Positions 1 through 12,512 of a stretch of 64,000 nt of DNA are shown here, piece by piece. The translations under genes were made by a program, and so were the position numbers. A model generated the notes under the pieces. It did no database searches, had not been told where the DNA came from, and saw only the letters and a list, made by a program, of their open reading frames with translations. Every line of letters begins with the position of its first letter. Positions within the stretch are counted from its first letter, which is position 1. The DNA comes from an uncultured Bacillota bacterium (GTDB lineage Bacteria; Bacillota_I; Bacilli_A; RFN20; CAG-826): NCBI GenBank assembly GCA_949291655.1, contig CASEWT010000001.1, positions 21,709-85,708 on the forward strand, given 5' to 3'.

Positions 1-632
1 TCCGCGTAATTGGCCGCGCCCACTTTCTCGACCCGGACGTAAGCCTTCCCGGCCCGGACGAAAGAACCGCTGTACACGTGGCTTTCCTCGTCTTTCCTCA
101 CGGCGTCGCTTTCCCCGGTCAGGAGCGATTCGTCGACATCGATGTAGCCGCTAATTACCTTCGCGTCGCAGGGAATCTGGTCGCCAGCAGAAAGGACGAG
201 GATGTCGCTAAGGACAATGTCGTCGACGGGAATGGTGACTTCCTTCCCGTTCCTCATGGCCTTGGATTGTTCTTCGGTCACGACCCGCAGTTTGTCGGTC
301 AACAGGCGGACCCGGATGTCGGCGGCAAGGCCGATCAGAATGTTCAGGGCGAGCGGGGCAAGGAAGAAAAAGGAAGTGATGGGCAGACCGCCGATCATCA
401 TGAGACCGGCAATGACGAAGAAGACGATGTTGAAAAAGGTCAGGAAATTGTCAAAGACAATCCGCCAATAGGATTTCGTTACCTTTTTCTTGGTCTTGTT
501 GGAGAGCCCTTCCTTCCGCCGAGACGCCACTTCCTCGTCATTTAAGCCCGACATGAAATCGGCTTCGATGGGCTGGGCTTCCTCGATTTTCCTCAGGAGG
601 TTTTCTCCGCGGCGGGAAAGGAATTGTTTCAT
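1..632 (-). CDS. Cation-transporting P-type ATPase, N-terminal part (gene runs off the window start)
   Basis: Minus-strand translation from the ATG at 630-632 gives [13 protein letters not shown]...LSNKTKKKVTKSYWRIVFDNFLTFFNIVFFVIAGLMMIGG...ESLLTGESDAV. This includes the TGES actuator motif and the TM1-TM2 region typical of type II P-type ATPases. The ATG overlaps the TGA of the upstream ABC gene (ATGA). Confidence 0.75.
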   Translation of the reverse strand, partial: MKQFLSRRGENLLRKIEEAQPIEADFMSGLNDEEVASRRKEGLSNKTKKKVTKSYWRIVFDNFLTFFNIVFFVIAGLMMIGGLPITSFFFLAPLALNILIGLAADIRVRLLTDKLRVVTEEQSKAMRNGKEVTIPVDDIVLSDILVLSAGDQIPCDAKVISGYIDVDESLLTGESDAVRKDEESHVYSGSFVRAGKAYVRVEKVGAANYA

Positions 633-3526
633 TGCTCGCTCCTAATGGCTTTGGCGGGGTCTTTCTTGGCGGCCAGGCGGGAAGGCACGAAGCCGGCAAG
701 AAGGGCCAAGACGATAGCGGAAGCGACGAGAGCTAGGGCGATCCACGGCGAGAGAACTGCCATGTCCGGCAAGGATATGACCGAGGAGAAAAGGCTCCTT
801 ACGATGGCATTGAGGGGAATGCTCAACAAATAGGCGAGCAAAACCCCCAAAAGGCCAGCGATGCCCCCGACGAGAAAGCATTCCGTTTCAAAGAGGGTCG
901 ACACGTCTCGCTTTCGGGCCCCACAGGCTCTAAGTATGCCGATTTCCCTTGTCCTTTCAAGGACGGAGACGTAAGTGATGACTGCCATCATGAGCGAGGA
1001 GACGACAAGCGAAATAGAGGCGAATATCACCAAGACGACCGAGATGATTGTAACGAGGCTCGCAAGGCTTTCGGTGAAGTCGCCCATCGCGTCGATGAAC
1101 GTCACCCGCTCACTCGCGGGCCGTCCCTCGTTATAGGCCTCGAGATAACTCGTAAGCTCAGCCTTGTTCACGAGGGAGGACGGAAAGATGAGAATCGAGG
1201 TAACGAGGGAGTAAGCCTCGGAATAGGCAATGACGTCCATCGCGTCGATTGCCTCGGCGTCCGGGGTGAAGAAGGACGAAGAAAGGAACGTTCTAAGGAG
1301 CGTCGGGAGGTTGGTAACGTCCCCGGCCAGGATCGGATCGACGAGGGAGGCGACCTCGTCTTCCTGATAGTCGGCCCCGACCCTTCGGGAGTAGGCAAGC
1401 ATCCCATAGGGGGTCAGGAGGTCGGGATTTTGAATGCTCGAGCCGGAAATGTAGCTCTCGTAGGTAAAGAAGCTCCGGTAGGCGAGAAGGTCGCTTAGCT
1501 TATCGACGACGCTCGAGAGACTCGAAGCCGTCATCCCGGACGTGAAGTCGCCAAGGGAGTCGAAAAAGGATTGAAGGGCTTCTAAGCCGTCTTCCCCGTC
1601 ATAGTTCCTTTCCGGAACGTACCAATAGCTTCCCTGCCGCTCCCTCATGTCGGCTATGGATTCGTTATCTTCTTCGAGGAACATGTCTTCGAGGCTCGGA
1701 AGGTAGCCGATGGAAGAGGGCATCGTCGTGATGAGGCTGTTCCGGCTGGGCCGGACGACTCCAACGATGCGGAGCTCGATCGGGTTATGGCTATCGTCGA
1801 AGTAAAACTCTTTGTAGGACTCGCTGGTGTTTCCAGGGGCAACATAGGCCTCGAGTTCCTTGTCGACGACGCCGGAAGAAGTAACTTCGAAGCGGCCATT
1901 TACGGCGTCGTAGCCGACCTGGACGTTGTCATAGGCCCGGACGCTATAGGAGAACTCCGGTTGGCTCCCATAGAAATCCTTCCGCAAATACGCCTTGTAA
2001 ACTTTCTTTTCGAAGAGATCGGCAAAGGAAACGGCATCCCCGCCCTCTGCCGAGCTGTCCACAATTCCAAGGGATTGAAGGGTGGAATAATCGACTTGGT
2101 TGTAACGGTCGACGATGAGAACGAGATCGGTGGGCTTGCTCGGATAAGAGCCGTATATGAGGTCATATTGGCCCGAGGGGTCCTCGGCTGTCCCAAGGCC
2201 GTAAAGGGGGTGAAAGACGCTCGTCGGAAGCGAGGAAGCCGAGGTGACCATCGACGTGACGGAGCCGACCGCGGCGCTCGAGGCCTGGTCAAGGACGAAG
2301 AACGAAGCATTCGGGTCATTCGGATCGACGGTCGAGGAGGTAATGATGTTGAAGTTCATGTTCTCCCGCTGGACGATGACGTCGCTTGCCAAGTTCCGAG
2401 CGATGAGTTCGGGGTCCTCGACCAAGGCCTTGACGTAAGACACGTACTCGTTGGAGAGGTCGTTTGTCGAAGCGACGTAGGTATAGCCACTGTTTCGGAT
2501 GACGTAGAGCTCGTCCTCGTCCGGATACTCCTCCCCGCTTTCCGAGCCGCCGCCCGTCGACTGGTAGGCCAACGTGCGCTTGCTGATGGTAATCGGGACC
2601 GAGGAAGCAAGAGCCGATTCGACGCTGGTCGTGTAAGAGGAAAAACCGGAAGAAAGGGCCAAGACCAGCCCGACGCCGACGATGCCGATGCACGAGGAAA
2701 AGGAAACGACGAGAGTCCGTCCCCACTTGGCAACGACGTTGCGGCACGAATTCTTGATGGCCGCGAATAGACTCATCGCCGTCCTTCCTTCTTCCGAAGG
2801 GACGAAGCTTTCGCCTTCGACGGGTAGGGGATCGCTGTCGGAGACGATTTCCCCGTCTTCCATTTTGATGATCCGGTCGCTATAGCGCCTCGCCAGCGCC
2901 TCGTTGTGGGTGACGAGGACAACGAGGCAGCGCTCGCTCGCTTTCTTCAGGAGGCCGGCCACGATTTCCGATGAGCGGCTGTCGAGGGCTCCGGTCGGCT
3001 CGTCGGCCAAGACGATCTCCGGCTTCCCGGCCAAAGCCCGGGCGATGGCTACCCGTTGCATCTGGCCGCCCGAAAGCTCGTTGGGCTTCTTTCCGGAGAT
3101 TTCCTCAAGCCCGACTTCCCTAAGGGCCTCAAGAGCCGCCTGTTTCCGCTTGGAAGGAGCCATCCCCGAAAGAAGGAGGGGGAGCTCGACATTCTGAAGG
3201 GCCGTTTGATAATCCAGGAGGTTGTAGTTTTGGAAGACGAAACCAAGTCGTTTATTTCGGTAGGCATCCCAATCGCGGTCTTTGTAAGAGGATGTCGAGC
3301 GCCCGTCGACGATGAGTTCGCCGCGGCTCGCCCGATCGAGGCCCCCGACGATATTTAAGAGGGTCGTCTTGCCGCACCCGGAGGGACCAAGAATCGAGAC
3401 GAACCCCTTCTTCGGGAAAGCCAAAGAGACCGACTTCAGGGCCGGGAAGGGCTTTTTGTTGACTTCGTAGTCTTTTCCGAGGCCCTTCAAAATGAGGCGC
3501 GGCTTTTCCCTTTCCATGGATTTCAC
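629..3526 (-). CDS. MacB-like ABC transporter with ATPase and FtsX-type permease fused, plus a very large extracytoplasmic domain
   Basis: N-terminus carries the Walker A motif GPSGCGKTT, the LSGGQ signature and Walker [14 protein letters not shown] helix follows, then about 450 aa of Ser/Thr-rich non-membrane sequence, then a C-terminal FtsX-like 4-TM permease. The start codon overlaps the tadA stop. Confidence 0.85.
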   Translation of the reverse strand: MKSMEREKPRLILKGLGKDYEVNKKPFPALKSVSLAFPKKGFVSILGPSGCGKTTLLNIVGGLDRASRGELIVDGRSTSSYKDRDWDAYRNKRLGFVFQNYNLLDYQTALQNVELPLLLSGMAPSKRKQAALEALREVGLEEISGKKPNELSGGQMQRVAIARALAGKPEIVLADEPTGALDSRSSEIVAGLLKKASERCLVVLVTHNEALARRYSDRIIKMEDGEIVSDSDPLPVEGESFVPSEEGRTAMSLFAAIKNSCRNVVAKWGRTLVVSFSSCIGIVGVGLVLALSSGFSSYTTSVESALASSVPITISKRTLAYQSTGGGSESGEEYPDEDELYVIRNSGYTYVASTNDLSNEYVSYVKALVEDPELIARNLASDVIVQRENMNFNIITSSTVDPNDPNASFFVLDQASSAAVGSVTSMVTSASSLPTSVFHPLYGLGTAEDPSGQYDLIYGSYPSKPTDLVLIVDRYNQVDYSTLQSLGIVDSSAEGGDAVSFADLFEKKVYKAYLRKDFYGSQPEFSYSVRAYDNVQVGYDAVNGRFEVTSSGVVDKELEAYVAPGNTSESYKEFYFDDSHNPIELRIVGVVRPSRNSLITTMPSSIGYLPSLEDMFLEEDNESIADMRERQGSYWYVPERNYDGEDGLEALQSFFDSLGDFTSGMTASSLSSVVDKLSDLLAYRSFFTYESYISGSSIQNPDLLTPYGMLAYSRRVGADYQEDEVASLVDPILAGDVTNLPTLLRTFLSSSFFTPDAEAIDAMDVIAYSEAYSLVTSILIFPSSLVNKAELTSYLEAYNEGRPASERVTFIDAMGDFTESLASLVTIISVVLVIFASISLVVSSLMMAVITYVSVLERTREIGILRACGARKRDVSTLFETECFLVGGIAGLLGVLLAYLLSIPLNAIVRSLFSSVISLPDMAVLSPWIALALVASAIVLALLAGFVPSRLAAKKDPAKAIRSEQ

Positions 3527-3972
3527 CCCCGCCTTTTGGCGAAAAACGCCTGCAAAAGTTCTTTCGATCGTTCTTTTTCGAGCCCGACCTCAACTAGAGG
3601 CACCCCGTCGTCCGTCGCTTTGTCGAAAACGTGGAAACAGCTTCTGATGGCCCCAGCCTTCGGGTCGTCTAGGGCATAGACGAGGCGATGGATCCGGGCT
3701 TGGAGGATGGCCCCGGCGCACATGAGGCACGGCTCGAGGGTGACGTAGATGCTGCAATCGGGAAGGCGGACCTTCCCAAGGTTCCGCTCAGCCATGAGCA
3801 AGGCTTCGATCTCGGCATGGGAAACGATGGATAGCTTGGCTTCGCGCTCGTTATGCCCCCGGCCGACGATTTCCCCATCGAGGGCGACGACGGCCCCGAT
3901 TGGAACCTCGCCCGCGTCAAAGGCCTTTCGCGCTTCGCGCAGGGCTTCTTCCATCAGTTCGGCGTCATTCAT
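3523..3972 (-). CDS. tadA: tRNA-specific adenosine deaminase TadA
   Basis: CMP/dCMP deaminase zinc motifs are present (HAE ... PCLMCAGA). The N-terminus MNDAELMEEALREARKAFDAGEVPIGAV matches B. subtilis TadA. I use the internal ATG at 3972, because the longer TTG-initiated ORF reading up to 4005 would overlap the SRP RNA. Confidence 0.85.
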   Translation of the reverse strand: MNDAELMEEALREARKAFDAGEVPIGAVVALDGEIVGRGHNEREAKLSIVSHAEIEALLMAERNLGKVRLPDCSIYVTLEPCLMCAGAILQARIHRLVYALDDPKAGAIRSCFHVFDKATDDGVPLVEVGLEKERSKELLQAFFAKRRG

Positions 3973-4018
3973 GGCTAGATAATAGCAAACCTGCTGCCGA
4001 TTCAACTTTTTTCTTTAA

Positions 4019-4104
4019 AGAAAAACCACCGCGCATGTTCGGTAACCTTAAGGCTGCTCGGTTCCCCGCCTGACCTGGTTCGGAAACGTTCCATCGCGAT
4101 GGCC
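4019..4104 (-). ncRNA. ffs: Small (4.5S-type) signal recognition particle RNA
   Basis: The minus strand reads ...GAACCAGGUCAGGCGGGGAACCGAGCAGCCUUAAGGUUACC... This is a near-exact match to the conserved SRP domain IV of E. coli 4.5S RNA (ACCAGGUCAGGUCCGGAAGGAAGCAGCCAAGG). It includes a GGAA tetraloop closed by CGG/CCG and the symmetric loop. The 5' end (CCAUCGCG) pairs with the 3' end (CGCGGUGG), followed by a U-run. A TATAAT sits about 7 nt upstream. Bacillus places scr next to tadA. Boundaries are approximate. Confidence 0.75.
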
Positions 4105-4184
4105 CGTCCATTATAACCTCTTCCGCCCTTTTTCCTAGGGAAAGGAAAAGTCGCCCCGCGGGAGGGCGACTTCCGAAGCGTTTC

Positions 4185-5433
4185 TTACCTCTTGGGGGCG
4201 ATGACCTCGAGGCCGCCCATGAAGGGACGAAGGGCTTCGGGGATCTTGACCGAGCCGTCGGGTTGCTGATTCTCCTCGAGCAAGGCCGGGAACACGCGCG
4301 AAGTGGCAAGCCCTGAGCCATTCAGAGTATGGCAGAAATGGATCTTGCCCTCCTCGTCGCGGTAGCGGATCATCCCGCGCCGGGCTTGGTAGTCCCGGGC
4401 ATTGGAGACGCTCGATACTTCCTTGTAGATGCCCATCGATGGGATGTAGACCTCGATGTCGTAGGTCCGGGCCATCGAGTGGGAGCAGTCGGCGGCCGCC
4501 AATTTGTCGATCTGATAGGCAAGGCCGAGGCCCTCGATGAGCCTTTGAGCCTTCTTGACGAGTTCTTCGAAGGCGGCATCGCTCCCGTCGTCGGTCGTGT
4601 ACTGGACCATTTCGACTTTGTTGAACTGATAGCCGCGGATCATGCCGCGTTCCTCGGTTCGGTAGCGCGAAGAACTTCTTAGGAAGATCCTTATAGGAGA
4701 GGATCTCGTTGCGGTAAACGTTCACCAGCGCCGTCTCGGCCGTCGGAAGGATGAACTTCCGCGGCTCGACGCCCTCAAGCCAAAACACCTCGTCCTTGAA
4801 CTTCGGGAACTGACCGGCCGTATAGCCGCTCTCGTAGTTGAGGATGTGGGGCGGGAGAATCATCTCATAGCCGTCGGCGAGGTGGCTTGAAACGAAGTAG
4901 TTGAGGAGGGCCCATTCGAGCCGGGCCCCGAGGCCGGTGTAAATCCACGTCCCGCTCCCGGAAATCTTGGCCGCCCGCTTGTAATCGACGAGGCCGAGAG
5001 ACTCGGCTAGCTCGACATGGTCCTTCATCGTCTTACGGTCGAAGGTCCGCGGGTTCCCCCATTTGTAGATGGGTTCGTTGTCTTCTTTGCCGCCGGCCGC
5101 CAAATCGGGATCGGGGAGGTTAGGAAGAACCTCGACGAGGCCTTGGAGGTCGGTTTCGATCTTCCGGAGTTCTTCTTCCTTGGCCTTGTTCGCCGCCCCG
5201 AGTTCCTTGACCTTGGCGAAAATGGGCTTCACGTCGCCGCCGGCCTTTTTGACTTCAGGAACCGAAGCCGAAAGCTTGTTTTGCTCGGCTTTGGATGATT
5301 CGACCTCCTTGAGGAGGGTTCTCCGCTTCTTCGAAAACTCGAGGATGAGGGTCGGATCGAAGTCCCAATTCTTCTTGGCCAGGCGTTCCCGGACTTCCTC
5401 CGGATGCTCCTCGATGTAACGAATGTCGATCAT
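4185..5433 (-). pseudogene. serS: Seryl-tRNA synthetase, disrupted in this sequence by a frameshift and a shortened motif 2
   Basis: ORF 4135..5433 is SerRS-like up to ...ILSYKDLPKKFFA, then reads out of frame (LPNRGTRHDPRL...). ORF 4185..4643, in a different frame, is the SerRS C-terminus (MIRGYQFNKVEMVQ...HTLNGSGLA...). At the junction the class II motif 2 (canonical [21 protein letters not shown]) is reduced to YRTEERGMIR after a +1 shift. About 32 nt are missing relative to canonical SerRS. Confidence 0.6.
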
Positions 5434-6455
5434 GGGTTTCCTTTCTGCTCGCCTTCGATCGCTTCCATGTAAAGGGAGACGAGTTTCCGTCCAAGGACGG
5501 CGAGCGAATTCTTCCGCGCTAAGCGGTACGCCTCGATTATAGTCGGCTGTCCCTTGCCTGTCGCAAGAGATTCGATGGCCTTCCCCAGGCGCTCGACGGA
5601 AGGGTAAGCCTTGTAAGCCTTGCTTGAGGTCAGCTCTTGGCTCCAGAAGGGGTGGCCGAGGCTAAGGACCGGGGTCTTGGCTGCCATCGCTTCGAGGACG
5701 GCCAGCTCGTCGGCTTCGATCGAGGCGATGGAGATGTAGGCCAAAGCCCCAACGACGCCAGAGCGGTAAACGTCGTCTTCGACGAGCCCCGAAAGAATGA
5801 GGTTTCGGGGGTAGCGTTTGGCTTTTCGGCGAAGATAGGAGGGTTTTGCAGGGCCTTTTTTGCTTGTAAGCAAATAGAAGAAGGTGACGCCGGGAGCAAA
5901 GGAAGCGAGTTCGGCCATCGTTTCAAGGCGCTCCTCGTCGCCGGCCTCGCCTACCGCGAGGCAATAAGGCGTCCCCTCTTCGAGACGGAAATAGCGGCGA
6001 AAGACGATCTTCTCGATGTCGCTTCGGACGTCGAAGCGGGCAAGGTTCACCCCGGGGGTAACGACATGGATCGGCGGTAGTATCACCCCGGAGGTCAAAA
6101 GGGCCGTTTCGGCCGCTTCGCTCGGAACGAGGATCGCGTCGGCCATCTTCAAGAGACGCTCGGCCTTGGGGCGAAGGGAGTGGAACCCCTCGCCGTCGAC
6201 GTTCATGAAACGGGCCCCGGGATCGCCTTCGCTATAAAGGGCGCTCACGACCAAGGCCGTTCCTTGCTCTTTGGCGTCGTGGGCGAGCCCTTCGTCGTCC
6301 GGAGAGATGAGGTGGACGACGTCGGGCTCGGCGAACATCGATTCGACCCAAGAGGTCCCAACCAGTTCGAGGGCTCCCTTGATGTTTTTCCGAAGCCTCG
6401 TCGCGATATAGCGATCGAGAGAGGCCCCGGGGCTATATTCGACGAGAACTTTCAT
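5430..6455 (-). CDS. GT4-family (GT-B, retaining) glycosyltransferase
   Basis: An EX7E motif is present (EADELAVLEAMAAKTPVL) and the fold looks GT-B. It is translationally coupled to gyrA upstream (TAATG) and serS downstream (ATGA). Confidence 0.7.
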   Translation of the reverse strand: MKVLVEYSPGASLDRYIATRLRKNIKGALELVGTSWVESMFAEPDVVHLISPDDEGLAHDAKEQGTALVVSALYSEGDPGARFMNVDGEGFHSLRPKAERLLKMADAILVPSEAAETALLTSGVILPPIHVVTPGVNLARFDVRSDIEKIVFRRYFRLEEGTPYCLAVGEAGDEERLETMAELASFAPGVTFFYLLTSKKGPAKPSYLRRKAKRYPRNLILSGLVEDDVYRSGVVGALAYISIASIEADELAVLEAMAAKTPVLSLGHPFWSQELTSSKAYKAYPSVERLGKAIESLATGKGQPTIIEAYRLARKNSLAVLGRKLVSLYMEAIEGEQKGNP

Positions 6456-9091
6456 TATTCGCCTTCGATTTCCTCTTTCGTCGGGACGTGGACCTCTTCC
6501 GACGGCTTGTCGTTCTCACTCACGAGAGCGGGGTTGATCTCCTCCGACTCTTCCTCAAGAGGCTGTCCGTCGCCCTCCTCTTCCGCATGCGGGACGATGG
6601 TGATGGAGGCCACCTTCTGACGCGGCTCGAGAGCGATGATCTTGACCCCTTGGGTATTCCGTCCAGCGACCTTGACTTGCTCAAGCGGCAGGCGGATGAC
6701 GATCCCGTGGGTCGAGATGACCATGAGGTCTTCGTCGCCATGGACGGCACGCATAGCCGTTAGTTCGCCGGTCTTCGGAGTCATTTTGATGGAAAGGACG
6801 CCTTTGGCCCCGCGAGAGGTGAGGCGGTAGCCGTCGTAGTGGCGCGTCGTTCCGTCTTCGAGGGTGACGTCGGTGTCTTTGGCGTAAGAAATCTTCCCGA
6901 AGCCGCGGTCGGTCAGGACGAGGATTTTGTCACCTTCCATCGAGGAGGTGACGTCGACGAGGCGGCTGCCGTCGGATAGATCCATGCCTTTGACGCCGGC
7001 GGCCGTCCGGCCCATCGGGCGGACGTCGCCTTCTTCGAAGCTCACGACCTTCCCGTTGGTGGCTGCCAGCGAGACGATGGCCGTCCCGTCGGTCCGCTTG
7101 ACGTCGAGGAGGGCATCGCCTTCCTTGAGGGAAAGAGCCCGTTTGCCGTTTTGGTGGATCGAGGCGAATTCGGCCAGCGAAGTCCGCTTGACCACACCTT
7201 GGACGGTCGTGAAGAAGAGGTAATTGTCGGCCGGATAGTCGTCGCAAGGAACGATGGAGACGACCTTTTCGTCCTGCTCGAGGTTCAAGAGGTTGATGGC
7301 CGGGATGCCGCGCCCGTCGCGGGCGCCGTCGGGAATCATGTAGCCCCGGAGGCGGTAAACGATGCCATAGCTCGAGAAGAAGAGAATGTCAGTATGGGTC
7401 TTGGCCCGGAGCATGATGGAAACCATGTCGCCGGCCGTCGTCGAGATGCCCTTGACCCCGCGTCCGCCCCGATTCTGGGTGCGGAACGTCTGGTCGTTCA
7501 TCCGCTTGATGTAGCCGTTCTTGGTAAGAACGATGATGATGTCTTCCTGCGGGAGGAGGTCTTCGTTGTCGATATTCGCCGCCTCGTCGCTGATTTCGGT
7601 AAGGCGCTTGTCGCCGAAGCGCTCCTTGATCTCGAGGAGTTCGGAAACCATGAGCTCGACGATGTTGGCCTCGCTCGAAAGGAGGCGGTTGTACTCGGCG
7701 ATGTTCTTTTGCAGCTCGGCGTGCTCGGCCCGGAGCTTCTCTTGCTCGAGGCCCTGGAGGCGCCGGAGGGTCATCGCCAGAATGGCAGCCGTCTGCTCGG
7801 GCGTGAGGCCAAAGGCATCGTGAAGGCGGGCCGTCGACTCTTCGTCGTTGCTCGAATCGCGGATGATGTGGATCACCTCATCGATGTTGTCGTGGGCCAA
7901 GATGAGGCCTTGGACGATGTGATCGCGTTCGCTGTCGCGCTTGAGGAGGAATTTGGTCCGACGGGTCAAGACCAAGACCTGAAAGCGAATGTAGTTCTGC
8001 AATAGCTCCTTCATCGGGAGGATCTTCGGCTCGCCTTCGACGAGGCAAAGGTTGATGACGCCGAAATTGATCTGCAGCTGGGTGTGCTTTAGAAGATTGT
8101 TTGCGACGACCTCGGGCATGAAGTCGCGCTTCACTTCGATGACCACCCGAATGCCCTCTTTGTTCGATTCGTCGCGGATGTCGCTGATGCCGTCGATGAC
8201 TTTGTCGCGGACGAGGGTGGCCATGTTTTCGATCATCGAGGCCTTGTTGACCTGGTAGGGGATTTCGGAAACGATGATCCGGGAACGCCCGGCGCTCTCT
8301 TCCTCGATTTCGTATTTCGAGCGGATGGTCACCGACCCCGTGCCCTTTTCGAAGTAGTCGAGGATGCCTTGGCGCCCGAGGATGACCCCGCCGGTCGGGA
8401 AATCGGGCCCGTGGATATAGTTTTGCATGAGCTCGGCGGGGGTGAGGTCGGGGTTGTGGGCAAGGGCCACGACCGCGTCGATGGCCTCGCTCAGGTTGTG
8501 GGGCGGCATGTTGGTCGCCATGCCGACGGCGATGCCTTCCGATCCGTTGACCACGAGGTTCGGGAAACGGGAGGGGAGGACGCTCGGCTCCTTTTCGGTG
8601 CCGTCGTAGTTGGAAACGAAATCGACCGTGTCCTTATCGAGGTCGCGGACCATTTCGACCGAAAGGCGGTTCATCCGCGCCTCGGTATAACGCATGGCGG
8701 CCGGGGCGTCGCCGTCGACCGAGCCGAAGTTCCCGTGCCCGTCGACGAGGGTGTAGCGCATCGAGAAGGGCTGGGCGAGGCGAACGAGGGTCATGTAGAT
8801 GGCGCTATCGCCGTGGGGGTGGTACTTGCCCATGACGTCGCCGACGATGCGGGCCGACTTCTTATAGGGCTGGCCTGGCTTCATGCCGGCTTCGTTCATG
8901 CCGTAGATGACCCGGCGCTGGACAGGTTTTAAACCGTCGCGGACGTCGGGGATGGCCCGGGCCTCGATGACCGACATGGCATAGGAAAGGAAGGCCGTTT
9001 CGACCTCCTCGGTGATTTCGCGCTCGGTAAGGCCCGAAGCAATGCCGGCTTGGACGGCCGGGGTTTCGTCTTTCTTTTCTTCGTTATCCAT
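6455..9091 (-). CDS. gyrA: DNA gyrase subunit A
   Basis: 878 aa. The active-site region (AMRYTEARM) and the C-terminal beta-pinwheel repeats are present. It follows gyrB. Confidence 0.95.
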   Translation of the reverse strand: MDNEEKKDETPAVQAGIASGLTEREITEEVETAFLSYAMSVIEARAIPDVRDGLKPVQRRVIYGMNEAGMKPGQPYKKSARIVGDVMGKYHPHGDSAIYMTLVRLAQPFSMRYTLVDGHGNFGSVDGDAPAAMRYTEARMNRLSVEMVRDLDKDTVDFVSNYDGTEKEPSVLPSRFPNLVVNGSEGIAVGMATNMPPHNLSEAIDAVVALAHNPDLTPAELMQNYIHGPDFPTGGVILGRQGILDYFEKGTGSVTIRSKYEIEEESAGRSRIIVSEIPYQVNKASMIENMATLVRDKVIDGISDIRDESNKEGIRVVIEVKRDFMPEVVANNLLKHTQLQINFGVINLCLVEGEPKILPMKELLQNYIRFQVLVLTRRTKFLLKRDSERDHIVQGLILAHDNIDEVIHIIRDSSNDEESTARLHDAFGLTPEQTAAILAMTLRRLQGLEQEKLRAEHAELQKNIAEYNRLLSSEANIVELMVSELLEIKERFGDKRLTEISDEAANIDNEDLLPQEDIIIVLTKNGYIKRMNDQTFRTQNRGGRGVKGISTTAGDMVSIMLRAKTHTDILFFSSYGIVYRLRGYMIPDGARDGRGIPAINLLNLEQDEKVVSIVPCDDYPADNYLFFTTVQGVVKRTSLAEFASIHQNGKRALSLKEGDALLDVKRTDGTAIVSLAATNGKVVSFEEGDVRPMGRTAAGVKGMDLSDGSRLVDVTSSMEGDKILVLTDRGFGKISYAKDTDVTLEDGTTRHYDGYRLTSRGAKGVLSIKMTPKTGELTAMRAVHGDEDLMVISTHGIVIRLPLEQVKVAGRNTQGVKIIALEPRQKVASITIVPHAEEEGDGQPLEEESEEINPALVSENDKPSEEVHVPTKEEIEGE

Positions 9092-9105
9092 TTATCGCTC
9101 CCTCC

Positions 9106-11151
<2,046 letters not shown>

Positions 11152-11154
11152 TTG

Positions 11155-12216
11155 TCATTCCTCCCTGACGATGGTTCCGTCTGATATATCGAAGCGGCGC
11201 GCCCCTTCGCATTGGAAGGAGGTTGCCGTGATGAAGCATTGGCCGAGTTCCCCGAGAAGTCCCTTGAGATTCTCGGCGCGCCTTTCGTCGAGCTCGCTAT
11301 GGGCGTCGTCGAGAATGACGATGGGGCGCCGCCGCTCCTCGGCCAGAAGAGCCGGCGCCAGTTTGAAGGCAATCGAGGCAAGGCGGTTTTCGCCCTGCGA
11401 GCCGTAGACGCCGACGTCGAGGCCGTCGACGGTTAGCGAGAAATCCTCGCGTTGGATCCCGACCCCGGTACTCCGGTGCTCGAGATCGCTGGCCCAGGAC
11501 CTTCGATAAAGGGCCATGGCTTCGTCTTTCGTCCCTTCCTTGAGGAACGGGCGGTAACGGAGCTTCGCGCCTCTCTCCGCGCCCCGCAGGCGGTCGAGAA
11601 GGGCGATTCCGCCTTTCTCTAGCCCGGCGATGAAGGCCTTGCGTCGCTCGTCGATCGGCGCGGCGCACGCCGCTAGGCGCTCCGTCACGACCTCGAGAGC
11701 GAGCTCGTCGACCCGTTCGGACCTCAGAAGCGCGTTCCGTTCGTCAAGAAGCTTGGCGTGGGTCTTCACGAGGGAGAAGTACTCTTCGCTCCGCTTCGAG
11801 ATCGCGATGTCGAGGAACGCCCTCCGGGCCGCGGGAGCCCCCTTGAAGAAGGAAGCGTCCTCCGGAGCGTAGGAGAAGACGCTCACCAAGGAGAAGAGTT
11901 CCGAGAGCTTTTTCGCCGGATGCCCGTCGATGATCAGGCGGCGGCCGGCTTTCGAGAAGGCGATTTCGATGTCGTGCCGGAGCCCGCCGGCCTCGACCTT
12001 CGCCTCAACGAAGGCTTCGCGTTCTCCGTCATGGATGAGCGGAGCGATCTCCCGGGTCCGCCAACCGCGCCCCAGCGAGAGGCACGAGATGGCTTCGGCG
12101 AGGTTGCTCTTCCCGGAACCGTTGGGCCCGAGGAAAAGGTTTACCCCCGGCCCCGGCTCGATGACGGCCTCCCGGTAATTCCGGAAGTTGGCCACCCGAA
12201 GCCTAAGGAGCTTCAT
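11155..12216 (-). CDS. recF: DNA replication and repair protein RecF
   Basis: Walker A motif GPNGSGKSN is present. The probable start is MKLLRLRVANFRNY, 48 nt inside the track ORF. It overlaps the end of the upstream S4 gene. Confidence 0.9.
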   Translation of the reverse strand: MKLLRLRVANFRNYREAVIEPGPGVNLFLGPNGSGKSNLAEAISCLSLGRGWRTREIAPLIHDGEREAFVEAKVEAGGLRHDIEIAFSKAGRRLIIDGHPAKKLSELFSLVSVFSYAPEDASFFKGAPAARRAFLDIAISKRSEEYFSLVKTHAKLLDERNALLRSERVDELALEVVTERLAACAAPIDERRKAFIAGLEKGGIALLDRLRGAERGAKLRYRPFLKEGTKDEAMALYRRSWASDLEHRSTGVGIQREDFSLTVDGLDVGVYGSQGENRLASIAFKLAPALLAEERRRPIVILDDAHSELDERRAENLKGLLGELGQCFITATSFQCEGARRFDISDGTIVREE

Positions 12217-12439
12217 CGGCCTTGACGGCGTACGTCTCGCCCCCGAAGGAGACGAGATCGCCAAGGCGGAGCTTATGCCCCCGGCGAGTTTCGACTTCGC
12301 CGTTGACCCGCACCGCGCCCGACTGGATGAGACGCTTGGCCTCGCCCCCTTCGTCGACGATGCCGGCGAACTTCAGAAACTGGCCAAGGGCAATCGTCTC
12401 CGTGCGGATTCCGACCTCCTTAGGAAAATTTTCTCCCAT
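12203..12439 (-). CDS. yaaA: S4-domain RNA-binding protein (YaaA/RemB-like)
   Basis: 78 aa S4 fold, sitting between dnaN and recF exactly as in B. subtilis. Confidence 0.8.
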   Translation of the reverse strand: MGENFPKEVGIRTETIALGQFLKFAGIVDEGGEAKRLIQSGAVRVNGEVETRRGHKLRLGDLVSFGGETYAVKADEAP

Positions 12440-12462
12440 GGGGGTAGTTTACTACATAGTAG

Positions 12463-12492
12463 TAAAAAAAGAAACGCCCGGAAGGGGCGTTT
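12463..12492 (-). terminator. Rho-independent terminator after dnaN
   Basis: GC hairpin (ACGCCC GGAA GGGCGT) followed by a U-run on the minus strand. Confidence 0.6.
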
Positions 12493-12512
12493 TCAAGGGC
12501 GGCGAACCTCTT

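Noticed and set aside
78-545. 155-aa plus-strand ORF at the window start.
   Set aside because: It is antisense to the clearly recognisable P-type ATPase N-terminus (TGES motif) on the minus strand.
4006-4134. Considered a tRNA or a plain promoter region between serS and tadA, and the TTG-extended tadA start at 4005.
   Set aside because: There is no tRNA cloverleaf or GTTCGA T-loop. Instead the minus strand matches SRP RNA domain IV. The tadA extension would overlap that RNA and lacks an RBS.
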